Of a stretch of 41,179 nucleotides of DNA, positions 16,714-24,469 are shown piece after piece; within the stretch, counting starts at the first letter, position 1; every line of letters begins with the position of its first letter. The translations under genes and the position numbers were made by a program. Below the pieces are notes generated by a model. The model did not search any database and was not told the origin of the DNA. It worked only from the letters and a program-made list of their open reading frames with translations. The DNA is from Parcubacteria group bacterium (GTDB taxonomy: Bacteria > Patescibacteriota > Minisyncoccia > Phycocordibacterales > Zambryskibacteraceae), in contig JBKJKY010000068.1 in NCBI GenBank assembly GCA_046597175.1, positions 1-41,179 on the forward strand, read 5' to 3'.

Positions 16714-18474
16714 TTAACTTTGCACCATCGGCTGATATTCGTCGCCTCTCATACCAAACGTGGATGCGACCGCATTATGCGCCGTTAACGCCTGAGGTTC
16801 ACCCATACCGCCTTCTGGAAGCATCGGACGCAACTCAGGATGCACGCGAATAAAATAATCCTTGAAATGGCCGTCAGGTTCAGGCGTTGAATTAACTACC
16901 TTAACCATCATCAACGGTTCATCACCCTGGATCTCTTTACGGTACAGCGTACCCCAATCATCGTGGTTGATTTCTTTGGCTCCAGAATCCATTAGGTAAC
17001 GTGCCTGACCGTAACGCTCGATCATTACTCGCCGTACTTCTGCATTTTTCTCCTCCTCGATTTTTCCCACTGTAATACTTTTAGGCTGTTCGATAATCCA
17101 CATCGGCACGCGGACTCCGTGCACTGCGTACAATGCTGAACCGTCGCGCCATTGACAGCATGGTCCGTCTTCGCAATGAGGTCTGTTTTGATCATCAACT
17201 TTTAACACTTTTGGCCGATCTGATATCATGCAAAAATCTTCGTGCATAACACGTGGCCCGCCATGAATTGCAGCTGTTTCCCAATGTTGATATTTTTCGT
17301 ATTCCTTCAAGTCTAGCTTGGCTACGGTTTTGAAAAAACTCAAGAAACCAGCCCATGCACTCCATTGGTTACCACCTTGCCACATGTTGTAGGTGTTTTG
17401 CGTGCATTTCATAAGGAAACTAGGATTCTGTTGATGCAAGATTTTGCTTAGTTGGTTGAGTTTCATTAAGTCCCCGCAATAAAACCAATTTTTCATACTG
17501 CCGTCTATCGCAACTTGTGTTGCATCAACTGTTGCATAGCGGGTTGCCTCGTATGTTGCCTCGAGTGTTGCAGCGTGTGTCGCAGCGTATGTGGCATCGT
17601 ATGTGGCAGCGTGTGTTGCCTCGTCTGTTGCCTCGTATGTTGCCTCGTCTGTTGCCTCGTATGTTGCAGCGCGTGTTGCCTCGTCTGTTGCAGCGTCTGT
17701 TGCATCGCGTGTTGCCTCGTCTGTTGCCTCGAGTGTTGCCTCGAGTGTTGCAGCTTCTGTTGCCTCGGCTGTTGCAGCGGCTGTGGCATCGTATGTTGCA
17801 TCGTATGTCGCAGCGTCAGTTGCATCGCGGGTTGCAGCGCGTGTTGCCTCGGCTGTTGCAGCGCGTGTTGCAGCTTCTGTTGCCTCGTATGTTGCAGCGT
17901 GTGTTGCATCGGATGTGGCATCGCGGGTTGCCTCGTATGTTGAAGCGTCTGTTGCAGCGTCTGTTGCAGCGGCTGTTGCAGCGGCTGTGGCAGCGGCTGT
18001 GGCATCGCGTGTTGCAGCGCGGGTTGCCTCGTATGTTGCAGCATCTATTGCAGCGGCTGTTGCCTCGTATGTTGCAGCGTGTGTTGCATCGTCAGTTGCA
18101 TCGCGTGTTGCAGCGTCTGTTGCAGCGTGTGTTGCAGCGCGGGTTGCAGCTTCTGTTGCATAGCGTGTTGCAGCGTCTGTTGCAGCGGCTGTTGCAGCGG
18201 CTGTGGCATCGCGCTTGGACCTATCACCTTTTCTCGACTGCAGAATACCAGCCGCAAAACCACCCGCGAATCGCAGCACGAACGGAGACGGAACAAATAC
18301 AATATTCTTTGGAGACTTCAAGCCTGCTGCCGCATATAATCCGTTGACGGCTTCCACCATTTTAGTTTTATCCTCGGCGTCCATCGCTTTTGTTGACATT
18401 GCATTAGCAGTCCACTTGTCAGCCCATGGTTTTAGCTCTGCCCTGTGTGCGTCTGTGAGTGTATATTTTTTCAT
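16714..18474 (-). CDS. Repeat protein: N-terminal domain, (Thr-x-x-Ala)x58 tract, and a C-terminal domain resembling the uncharacterised DUF6745-type family
   Basis: 586-aa ORF. Nt 17509..18216 are 59 consecutive 12-mers. The C-terminus (QWRDGSALYAVHGVRVP...NAEVRRVMIERYG...STPEPDG...TAHNAVASTFG) matches my memory of a conserved bacterial/phage domain of unknown function. Confidence 0.8.
   Translation of the reverse strand: MKKYTLTDAHRAELKPWADKWTANAMSTKAMDAEDKTKMVEAVNGLYAAAGLKSPKNIVFVPSPFVLRFAGGFAAGILQSRKGDRSKRDATAAATAAATDAATRYATEAATRAATHAATDAATRDATDDATHAATYEATAAAIDAATYEATRAATRDATAAATAAATAAATDAATDASTYEATRDATSDATHAATYEATEAATRAATAEATRAATRDATDAATYDATYDATAAATAEATEAATLEATLEATDEATRDATDAATDEATRAATYEATDEATYEATDEATHAATYDATYAATHAATLEATYEATRYATVDATQVAIDGSMKNWFYCGDLMKLNQLSKILHQQNPSFLMKCTQNTYNMWQGGNQWSAWAGFLSFFKTVAKLDLKEYEKYQHWETAAIHGGPRVMHEDFCMISDRPKVLKVDDQNRPHCEDGPCCQWRDGSALYAVHGVRVPMWIIEQPKSITVGKIEEEKNAEVRRVMIERYGQARYLMDSGAKEINHDDWGTLYRKEIQGDEPLMMVKVVNSTPEPDGHFKDYFIRVHPELRPMLPEGGMGEPQALTAHNAVASTFGMRGDEYQPMVQS
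17509..18216 (-). repeat. 59 x 12-nt in-frame tandem repeat (coding-strand consensus ACA NNC GMK GCA)
   Basis: All 59 units were enumerated by hand. Variation is confined almost entirely to 4 of the 12 positions. Confidence 0.95.
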
Positions 18475-18484
18475 GTGTTTTTCC

Positions 18485-18802
18485 TCAGTCTAAAACATTG
18501 CGAATAGCCTCAGGCGCATATTCTTTTTGCTGCACCTTCTCATAGATGCCTTCAGGAATATCGATGGTCCCATGTTCCTGATGTGTAATCTGCGCAGGCT
18601 CCGTCGTAGTGAAGAAAATAGAATTGTCCATTTCTAGCACTTTCACCGGAGCATCTACTTCCAACACATGGCTGTGACCTGTTACCTCACCAAGTGCAAG
18701 CGTGAGATTTTTCTGATTTTTAGCTGTTCCTTTTGGCATAGCTTCGATGGATTTAACCAGCACGTCACCCTGCCGAATCATTATTGTTTTTTTAGTTTTC
18801 AT
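18485..18802 (-). CDS. Hypothetical protein
   Basis: 105 aa. The IRQGDVLV...GEVTGHSHVL pattern recurs in phage proteins of unknown function (from memory only). Confidence 0.55.
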   Translation of the reverse strand: MKTKKTIMIRQGDVLVKSIEAMPKGTAKNQKNLTLALGEVTGHSHVLEVDAPVKVLEMDNSIFFTTTEPAQITHQEHGTIDIPEGIYEKVQQKEYAPEAIRNVLD

Positions 18803-18826
18803 TTGATTATTTATTTACTGCGATTT

Positions 18827-18967
18827 TTATTTTGATGTTCTTTTGCGAACATCCGTCGTGTACCCATCCGACTCATGCTGGACGGGGTGTTGTGGTTGTT
18901 TCGGCGCGTGCTTGTACGGCCAGCAAAGCGCGGTGAGTAAAAGTAGGGCGATGATGAGCAGGATCAT
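18827..18967 (-). CDS. Small membrane peptide (46 aa), not in the track
   Basis: Hand-translated as MILLIIALLLLTALCWPYKHAPKQPQHPVQHESDGYTTDVRKRTSK. Its ATG overlaps the upstream stop. Confidence 0.4.
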   Translation of the reverse strand: MILLIIALLLLTALCWPYKHAPKQPQHPVQHESDGYTTDVRKRTSK

Positions 18968-19239
18968 GATTTCCTCCCCGCGATTACCCACAAAAAATCC
19001 ATCTCCTCATCCGTAGCTTCGGGAGCATGGCATCGAATCCAAAGCCCTCCATAGCTGACCCACAGATAACCATGCTGCACCATGTCAGGCTCGCGGTAGC
19101 TCCATACGATATGGGATGGGATCACGATGGGTGGAGGTGGGCGCGTGTAGGATGCTCGGAGTGTGCCGCGAAGCGTGGCGTCGTCGGCCTGGGCGGCGGC
19201 GCATAAGATCAAGGCCGCTGCGATAATGGATTTGATCAT
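18964..19239 (-). CDS. Small secreted or periplasmic protein
   Basis: Starts at MIKSIIAAALILCAAAQA/DD (signal-peptide-like). The ATG overlaps the upstream stop. Confidence 0.5.
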   Translation of the reverse strand: MIKSIIAAALILCAAAQADDATLRGTLRASYTRPPPPIVIPSHIVWSYREPDMVQHGYLWVSYGGLWIRCHAPEATDEEMDFLWVIAGRKS

Positions 19240-19427
19240 AAGCCCATCTCCTGTTGATCTCGAAAGTTTGAGAGCGAGTAAAAGGCGCACAAGCCAAGAT
19301 CGCGCTCGCAACACTCGTCCAGGGTGACGGCGTTATCCGCAACCAACCCGCGATCTTGCAGGAAGTTCATAAGGTCAATTTCGTTCATTTTGTTTTTTGA
19401 CGCCCATGCTAGGAGTTTTGCTTTCAT
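19236..19427 (-). CDS. Hypothetical protein
   Basis: Starts at MKAKLLAWASKNK (ATG 19427), overlapping the VRR-NUC stop. Confidence 0.5.
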   Translation of the reverse strand: MKAKLLAWASKNKMNEIDLMNFLQDRGLVADNAVTLDECCERDLGLCAFYSLSNFRDQQEMGL

Positions 19428-19807
19428 CGGTCTAAAATCTCCTTCACTTGTTGCAGGCTGTTGACCACCCAACAACGCCAGCCATTTTCTGTCATTTGCT
19501 TCATGGCTCGAGCCTGTTCATCAGTCGGCAACTTCCCTGGCAACTTCACTTCGAATGCGTAGGCGATGCCACCTTCAACGAACAAGATGTCAGGACAACC
19601 AACCTTCACGTTACTTTTCTTATCCATGCGCTGCCGCACAACCAGCACCTCACGCAAGGTTAAGAAAGCCTCGATCTGTTGTTGTAACTCCTTTTCGCTC
19701 TTGGCCTCGAATCGAAGTAAAGCTTCCTCTGCGGTCATTTGCTTCGGATAGCTGGCGCGGTCGGCGGTGGACATACGCTTTAGGATGTTGTCGGGAATGA
19801 TGCTCAT
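19424..19807 (-). CDS. VRR-NUC domain nuclease
   Basis: Carries a PD-(D/E)xK-type motif: GCPDILFVEGGIAYAFEVKLPGKLPTDEQ. Confidence 0.7.
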   Translation of the reverse strand: MSIIPDNILKRMSTADRASYPKQMTAEEALLRFEAKSEKELQQQIEAFLTLREVLVVRQRMDKKSNVKVGCPDILFVEGGIAYAFEVKLPGKLPTDEQARAMKQMTENGWRCWVVNSLQQVKEILDR

Positions 19808-20127
19808 TGGTTTAACTCCTTTTCAAGCGCACGCTGAATCGGTGTTTTGCTGAGATAACTAACGAGCTTCGACCGTAGCGGCTCACGAACCCACGTTTGC
19901 CCGACAAGCCAGTCCAAGTCTCGGAGGCAAATTTCTGAAAAGGTGGTGTTGTAAAACTTGCCCCCTGGCTTGCCATAGCAAACTTTGGTTTCTGAGAGGT
20001 CGCCGATATCATCGGAACCCAGTTTCGCTTGCGGCGTAGCCTCCGCTTTTTCGCGCTGCATCCGTTGCCACTCGTCGAAGGGAATCTTGATTGAGTCGTC
20101 ATTTGTGCCTGCAATTTCTGAGGTCAT
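19804..20127 (-). CDS. Hypothetical protein
   Basis: 107-aa ORF with 4-nt overlaps at both ends. Confidence 0.5.
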   Translation of the reverse strand: MTSEIAGTNDDSIKIPFDEWQRMQREKAEATPQAKLGSDDIGDLSETKVCYGKPGGKFYNTTFSEICLRDLDWLVGQTWVREPLRSKLVSYLSKTPIQRALEKELNQ

Positions 20128-20441
20128 TTGAATTTCACGCTTACGGTTGTTTGATCGTCGGTCAGAGGCATCTCTGTTTGGCGAGGATCTCGAATCACCG
20201 TTTCCCGTTCATCCTTGTGACGCTCCGCGAAGGCGATGCGAGTGACGACTTTCGGACGGTTTCCGCTGTGATCAATCTCGACTGCAAACGAGACGACCAC
20301 CTTGCGGTTGTCGCTATCGCGCAGTATCGAATACAGGCGGGGCCAGCTTTGTGTTGTAAGGTCTGATACGGCTATGCCGATTTCCTTGATGATTTCAGTC
20401 TCTAGCTCGTTCAGTTCTGCGTTAAGGTGTGCTGTTCTCAT
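20124..20441 (-). CDS. Hypothetical protein
   Basis: 105-aa ORF within the operon. Confidence 0.5.
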   Translation of the reverse strand: MRTAHLNAELNELETEIIKEIGIAVSDLTTQSWPRLYSILRDSDNRKVVVSFAVEIDHSGNRPKVVTRIAFAERHKDERETVIRDPRQTEMPLTDDQTTVSVKFK

Positions 20442-20467
20442 GGTGTGTTTTTGTTATGTGATGATGG

Positions 20468-20806
20468 TTAAACTTGAAAAAGATTGAGCTGCGGCTGCAT
20501 TGCAGCTTCCTGAGCGCGTCTAATCCGTGCGGCGCGTTCCCACACGGCCAAGGCGCGAACGATGCGGACGGTCTTCTGCGTGAGCGCGTCCTTTTGGTCG
20601 CCGCATTGCTCAACCCATAGATCGTCAATCAGATTCGTGATGCGCGGGCGGACAGCGTTTGGCTCGTTGTAACCAAGGGCGGTCATGATCTGACGATCCG
20701 TCATCCTCGCGCCCATGTGCAGCGCGCCCAGGATCTCTTTCTCGCGTCGGTTGAGTTGGTCTTGCGACTCGGTGAATGCTTTGAGTGAGTTTTGATGAAT
20801 GCTCAT
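20468..20806 (-). CDS. Winged-helix DNA-binding protein (MarR-like)
   Basis: Starts at MSIHQNSLKAF. The REKEILGAL...MTDRQIMTALGYNEPNAVRPRITNLIDD pattern is typical of a wHTH. Confidence 0.5.
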   Translation of the reverse strand: MSIHQNSLKAFTESQDQLNRREKEILGALHMGARMTDRQIMTALGYNEPNAVRPRITNLIDDLWVEQCGDQKDALTQKTVRIVRALAVWERAARIRRAQEAAMQPQLNLFQV

Positions 20807-20810
20807 AAAT

Positions 20811-21410
20811 TTACGCTTTGATGATTTCGCAAAATTCCACGATGCGCCGAACGATGGCCGCGCCGTCATCCGCTCCAAACCTCGCCAGCAATCCATCCTT
20901 TCCGTAGTTGGTCGTTATCAGCGTGGGCAGCATGTTGGCCGATCGTGCTTCCAAGACGCTGTAGAAAGCCTCCTTGTGGCGTGCCGTGGGGGCAGCTTTG
21001 CCAAGGTCGTCGATAAAAAGGACTGACACTCGGGAAAGGCGATCGATCCAATCCTCGGCAGTTCCATTCCCGAGACGCTTCGAGTATTCCACCGAGAAAA
21101 GGGTGTCGTTGATGGCGCGAACAGGTACGCCCTCAACGCAAAGCAACCGCTGGATGAGCAGCCACATGCAACGGGTCTTTCCCTTTCCAGATTCGCCAAC
21201 GATCATCAAACCGCGATTCAATGCCCGTTTGAATGCCATCGTATTCGCGAGCATTAGGCCATCTAAGCGACTTTTATCCGTGTCCCGATACAAGGGAGGG
21301 CAGATTTCACAAAACCGCTCACGCATGGCTCTCTGATGCAATTCGACCTGAAAGTTAATTGAAGGCGTCATTCCGGTGGGGGCTGGCGGGAGGTTGATTT
21401 GGGTGTTCAT
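20811..21410 (-). CDS. DnaC/IstB-like AAA+ ATPase (helicase loader)
   Basis: Walker A is GESGKGKT and Walker B is VLFIDDLGK. It lies downstream of the replication organiser gene. Confidence 0.7.
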   Translation of the reverse strand: MNTQINLPPAPTGMTPSINFQVELHQRAMRERFCEICPPLYRDTDKSRLDGLMLANTMAFKRALNRGLMIVGESGKGKTRCMWLLIQRLLCVEGVPVRAINDTLFSVEYSKRLGNGTAEDWIDRLSRVSVLFIDDLGKAAPTARHKEAFYSVLEARSANMLPTLITTNYGKDGLLARFGADDGAAIVRRIVEFCEIIKA

Positions 21411-21415
21411 GGGAG

Positions 21416-22132
21416 TTACCAGGTATTAGCGGCTGCGCCTGGGGTTTGTGGCGGCAGGCGGTGGTCGCAACGGTTGAGCCAGTTCACGATGAAACGGCGG
21501 GTTTTCTGCTTGCTGGGGCGGGTTAAAAGCCAAGCGTCCATTCGGGCCAGCTCGCGGTCGATGTCTATGCCCGCATAACCTTGATTCAACTTTAGGGCGG
21601 CAAAAAATTCCTCATCCGAAACCTTCTTTGATTCCTTTTTCGGCTTGGCTGCGGCCCCGACAGGGCTACTCTTCTCTTCTGTATCTGTATCTGTATCTGT
21701 ATCTGTATGGGATGACTGTGGCTTACTGTGATTATTTTGATTACACGTGATTACGCAATGATTACGCGACTTTTCCCGAAAACGTCTTTGAGCCTCCCTC
21801 AACTGCTCTTTCCTTTCTTCTTCATCTCTGACATCACGGTACTTTTTATGGTTCAAAAGCCTCCATCCACCTTCGATCTCTTCAATGCGTCGGCCTTCAT
21901 TGTCTGGTGTTCGTGAAAAAGCATCTGGCGAGAGGAATTTTTCAAGCGAATCTTGAGCTTCTTCCAAAGTGATACGGGCGCGGTGAGCTAACCCAGGAAT
22001 TGAGGCGAGGATTTCTCCGTGTTGGTCTGACATAGCAAGCATCGTTACCCAGCAAATCCGAACGTGATTAGGCTCCGACCAGATGGTCGAATCTGTAATC
22101 GTTGTGAAAAGCTTTGTGTAGAAGAGTGTCAT
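21416..22132 (-). CDS. Replication initiation / replisome organiser-like protein
   Basis: The N-terminal region resembles phage replisome organiser domains (from memory), and it lies upstream of the DnaC-like gene. It contains a (Thr-Asp)x4 tract within HTDTDTDTDTEE, encoded by (tctgta)x5 at about 21679-21708. Confidence 0.5.
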   Translation of the reverse strand: MTLFYTKLFTTITDSTIWSEPNHVRICWVTMLAMSDQHGEILASIPGLAHRARITLEEAQDSLEKFLSPDAFSRTPDNEGRRIEEIEGGWRLLNHKKYRDVRDEEERKEQLREAQRRFREKSRNHCVITCNQNNHSKPQSSHTDTDTDTDTEEKSSPVGAAAKPKKESKKVSDEEFFAALKLNQGYAGIDIDRELARMDAWLLTRPSKQKTRRFIVNWLNRCDHRLPPQTPGAAANTW

Positions 22133-22210
22133 AAAAATTGGTGTCAGGCTTAACGCACCCGACGTGAGGAGGCACTTTGGCCCCAGCGGTAGGCGTGGAA
22201 CGCCAAAGGG

Positions 22211-22681
22211 TTAGAACGGGATATCGTCATTCTCCAACGCAGGCGCGGCAGATGGCTTAGATGCCGTGGAGGGTGGCCTTGACGCCGATGCGGCGGGCGC
22301 GGCTTTAGGGTCGGCCAGATAGTCGGAGATTTTATTCTTCGGCTGATATTGGCCTGTCGGATCTGTTTCAATTCCAACCTTGCAGCGGCCAGTCTTACCG
22401 ACGCATTCGTCGGATCCGAGAGTTCCAGCCTCGTATTCTTGCATTTGGTTTGTGGCCGCGCAGAAGTGACGCACTTTGAATGCCATGCCTTCAGTCAGGT
22501 AATCCGTTAGTATTCGATCCGCGCCATCGTCGGGAAAGATTTTGACGGTGAGCTGGATCATGGGGCGGCCAGTGTTCTTGGAAGGTTTTTCTTCGGCCTT
22601 GATAACCTCGAAGTTGTAGTCTCCTTTCTTAATAAGCCCTTCGAGCGCAATCTGTTCTTCGGTCTGTGGTGTGAATTTCAT
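22211..22681 (-). CDS. Single-stranded DNA-binding protein (atypical fold, canonical acidic tip)
   Basis: The C-terminus ...ALENDDIPF matches the SSB protein-interaction tail. It is paired with a Sak4-like ATPase. Confidence 0.55.
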   Translation of the reverse strand: MKFTPQTEEQIALEGLIKKGDYNFEVIKAEEKPSKNTGRPMIQLTVKIFPDDGADRILTDYLTEGMAFKVRHFCAATNQMQEYEAGTLGSDECVGKTGRCKVGIETDPTGQYQPKNKISDYLADPKAAPAASASRPPSTASKPSAAPALENDDIPF

Positions 22682-22704
22682 TGGTATATTTGGTTTATGT
22701 GAAG

Positions 22705-23610
22705 TTACTTAGTGAGCTTGGATTTCAAAAACGCTTCGATCTTCGCGATGGTTGCTGAGTCCATTTCATCGAAAGCGGTGACGCCCGCCTTGGTCATCCA
22801 CTTCGCAATGTCATCCTCTGGAATCTTAATGACTTCCAAGAGGCGTTTGACCTCCGCGACTTCTTCGGTGGTGGCGAGAGCGATTTTGTTAGACTTGGCC
22901 TCGATTACATCCTTGCCGTAGCGCGTGGCGAACTCGGTGTAAGACCATTCAAACGATGAGGCGTCAGGGAAGCCGGTGAGTCTCGACTTCTTCACTGTGG
23001 CCATGCGTGCAGGCCCGCGCTTCTGGATGTTCAAACAAAGGTGCAACTCGTACTCAAGTTTGTCCCAGCAATCGAAAGTGACGCCGATTTCAGAGCGATC
23101 ACCTTTTGAATCCATTCCCCACTGAGCCTTTTCATGGGCAATCAAGATGACGTTCATATCCAACCGGCAGAGCCAATTAACAAGCTGGCGCATCATTGCG
23201 ATGGCGGGCTTCTTATCCGCTCCGAAGGCGTTCTTATCTCCCAACCGTTCACCCTCACGGGCAACCTCGGCGTTGAAAAGCTTTGTGATGGAGTCGATGA
23301 TCAGCGTTTTGTAAGCGTGGTCTTCCGTGGCCAACGCTTTGACCTGATCAAGCACGGTGGAGAATACGAGTGAGCCATCAGATTGGCCCATGTACACGCC
23401 GCCCGATTTCTCAAGCTTGTCCGTGTAATGCGCGAGGTTCGCGCCATCCTCAGTGTCGATATAGTAGCAGCTTGGGAAGTCTAAGCTCGTCCAAGTTTTG
23501 CCAACTCCAGGCTTACCGTAGATAAGAATCTTCGGCTTGGATGGCTCGGCGGCTTTCGGTGATTTAGCAAGAAGCTTGCTTTTTACTGCGGTTTTGGTAG
23601 CTGTTGTCAT
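22705..23610 (-). CDS. Sak4-like RecA-fold ATPase (AAA_24 type)
   Basis: Walker A is IYGKPGVGKT and Walker B-like is TLIIDSITK. This is the typical recombination module partner of an SSB. Confidence 0.65.
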   Translation of the reverse strand: MTTATKTAVKSKLLAKSPKAAEPSKPKILIYGKPGVGKTWTSLDFPSCYYIDTEDGANLAHYTDKLEKSGGVYMGQSDGSLVFSTVLDQVKALATEDHAYKTLIIDSITKLFNAEVAREGERLGDKNAFGADKKPAIAMMRQLVNWLCRLDMNVILIAHEKAQWGMDSKGDRSEIGVTFDCWDKLEYELHLCLNIQKRGPARMATVKKSRLTGFPDASSFEWSYTEFATRYGKDVIEAKSNKIALATTEEVAEVKRLLEVIKIPEDDIAKWMTKAGVTAFDEMDSATIAKIEAFLKSKLTK

Positions 23611-23640
23611 AAGTCAGTCAGTGTGGTTGTTATTGTTGAG

Positions 23641-23674
23641 CGGGTCGCTGTGATGAGCGGCCCGTTCTTTTTTT
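23641..23674 (+). terminator. Intrinsic-terminator-like hairpin plus T-run, oriented against the surrounding genes
   Basis: CGGGTCGCT-GTGATG-AGCGGCCCG (9 bp including one G-U pair) followed by TTCTTTTTTT on the + strand. Both flanking genes are on the - strand. Confidence 0.4.
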
Positions 23675-23679
23675 GTTGG

Positions 23680-23898
23680 TTAGCAGCGGATGCTGTCTAA
23701 AAATTGGTCGAGAACGTCGGCTTCATCCAAATCACCCGTGAAAGCCGTGCCGTCATCGAGCGTGGCCTTGAGAATCTCAAACTCGTCGCCGTCATCCTGG
23801 GTGGACTTTGCGGCGTAGTAATCCGCAGCGATATGGAGCGTGATCGAATCCTGCGTGTCGGTCTCAGGTGTCTCGTAAATGAATTGGGCGCGACTCAT
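23680..23898 (-). CDS. Small, highly acidic protein
   Basis: 72 aa, rich in Asp/Glu (e.g. DDGDEFEILKATLDDGTAFTGDLDEADVLDQFLD). The ORF is early in the operon. Confidence 0.5.
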   Translation of the reverse strand: MSRAQFIYETPETDTQDSITLHIAADYYAAKSTQDDGDEFEILKATLDDGTAFTGDLDEADVLDQFLDSIRC

Positions 23899-23989
23899 AG
23901 ATTTCAGAGCAGGAATGAGAAACAGGCGTCAGCGATCAGCAGCGCAATGGTCACGGCGTAGATGCCGAAAAGGTCGAGGTCGTGGGTGG

Positions 23990-24202
23990 TCATAGGGTGG
24001 CTTCGTGTTTAAGGGTGGCGTCGATGAGTTGGGAGTTGGCGCACTGAGAACAGATGCAGTATTGTTCGCCAGCGATGTTCACCGTGCGCACGATTGGGTA
24101 TTTGTGAGACTCTAAGTCGGGACAGGTGAAACATTGCCGGCGGTCGCCCATGGGCTTCGGCGTTGTCCGGTAAACAATGGCGGCTGCGTCGAGGAGGGTC
24201 AT
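23990..24202 (-). CDS. Small Cys-rich (zinc-ribbon-like) protein
   Basis: Contains CFTC...CICSQC pairs. The 70-aa ORF overlaps the upstream gene by 4 nt. Confidence 0.5.
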   Translation of the reverse strand: MTLLDAAAIVYRTTPKPMGDRRQCFTCPDLESHKYPIVRTVNIAGEQYCICSQCANSQLIDATLKHEATL

Positions 24203-24417
24203 ACTGCCTTTCCTTTCCCGTAAGCTGTGGCTTTGATGGTGTTGTGACTGTGGAATTGATCAGCATCCTCACGGGTGATGCGAATACGGCCGCGAGGCCC
24301 GTTGCGTGAGTAGGTGACCTTGCCGCGCTTGATGATGAACCGATCAACTGTGTTGCGGTGCAGGCCGGTTTCCTGGCAAAACTCGGGGAGGGTTAAAATT
24401 GGCTTATCGAATCTCAT
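24199..24417 (-). CDS. Excisionase/AlpA-type HTH DNA-binding protein (first gene of the leftward operon; Cro/Xis-like role possible)
   Basis: Starts at MRFDKPILTLPEFCQETGLHRNTVDRFI. This is the MerR-superfamily HTH_17-like pattern. Confidence 0.55.
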   Translation of the reverse strand: MRFDKPILTLPEFCQETGLHRNTVDRFIIKRGKVTYSRNGPRGRIRITREDADQFHSHNTIKATAYGKGKAV

Positions 24418-24469
24418 GTGTGTAATTGTGTTAAGTTGTGTTTGCTTTTGCGGATTTATGTGGTATGCT

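Noticed and set aside
17509-18216. A CRISPR array or CRISPR-mimic
   Set aside because: The period is 12 nt with no unique spacers, the array lies entirely in frame within a gene, and no cas genes or leader are present.
17505-18347. Several long ORFs in other frames and on the other strand across the 12-mer array (Cys-rich CCLVCC..., Leu/Gln/Arg-rich, Ala/Ser/Val-rich)
   Set aside because: Any strict 12-nt repeat without stop triplets is open in several frames. Only the minus-strand frame continuous with the non-repetitive N- and C-terminal domains (16714..18474) makes a coherent protein.
14571-18474. A diversity-generating retroelement as the source of the NNC hypervariability
   Set aside because: There is no reverse transcriptase ORF anywhere in this complete genome, and no template/variable repeat pair differing at adenines. 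The resemblance is limited to codon design.
20811-21410. Alternative-frame ORFs (20866..21051, 20918..21199, 20974..21336) overlapping the DnaC-like gene
   Set aside because: They are fully contained within a gene that has clear Walker A and B motifs. Nothing independently supports them.
21679-21708. The (tctgta)x5 repeat as replication-origin iterons
   Set aside because: It is a simple in-frame hexamer repeat encoding Thr-Asp inside the replication protein linker. There is no adjacent AT-rich region or DnaA-box-like sequence to support an origin call.
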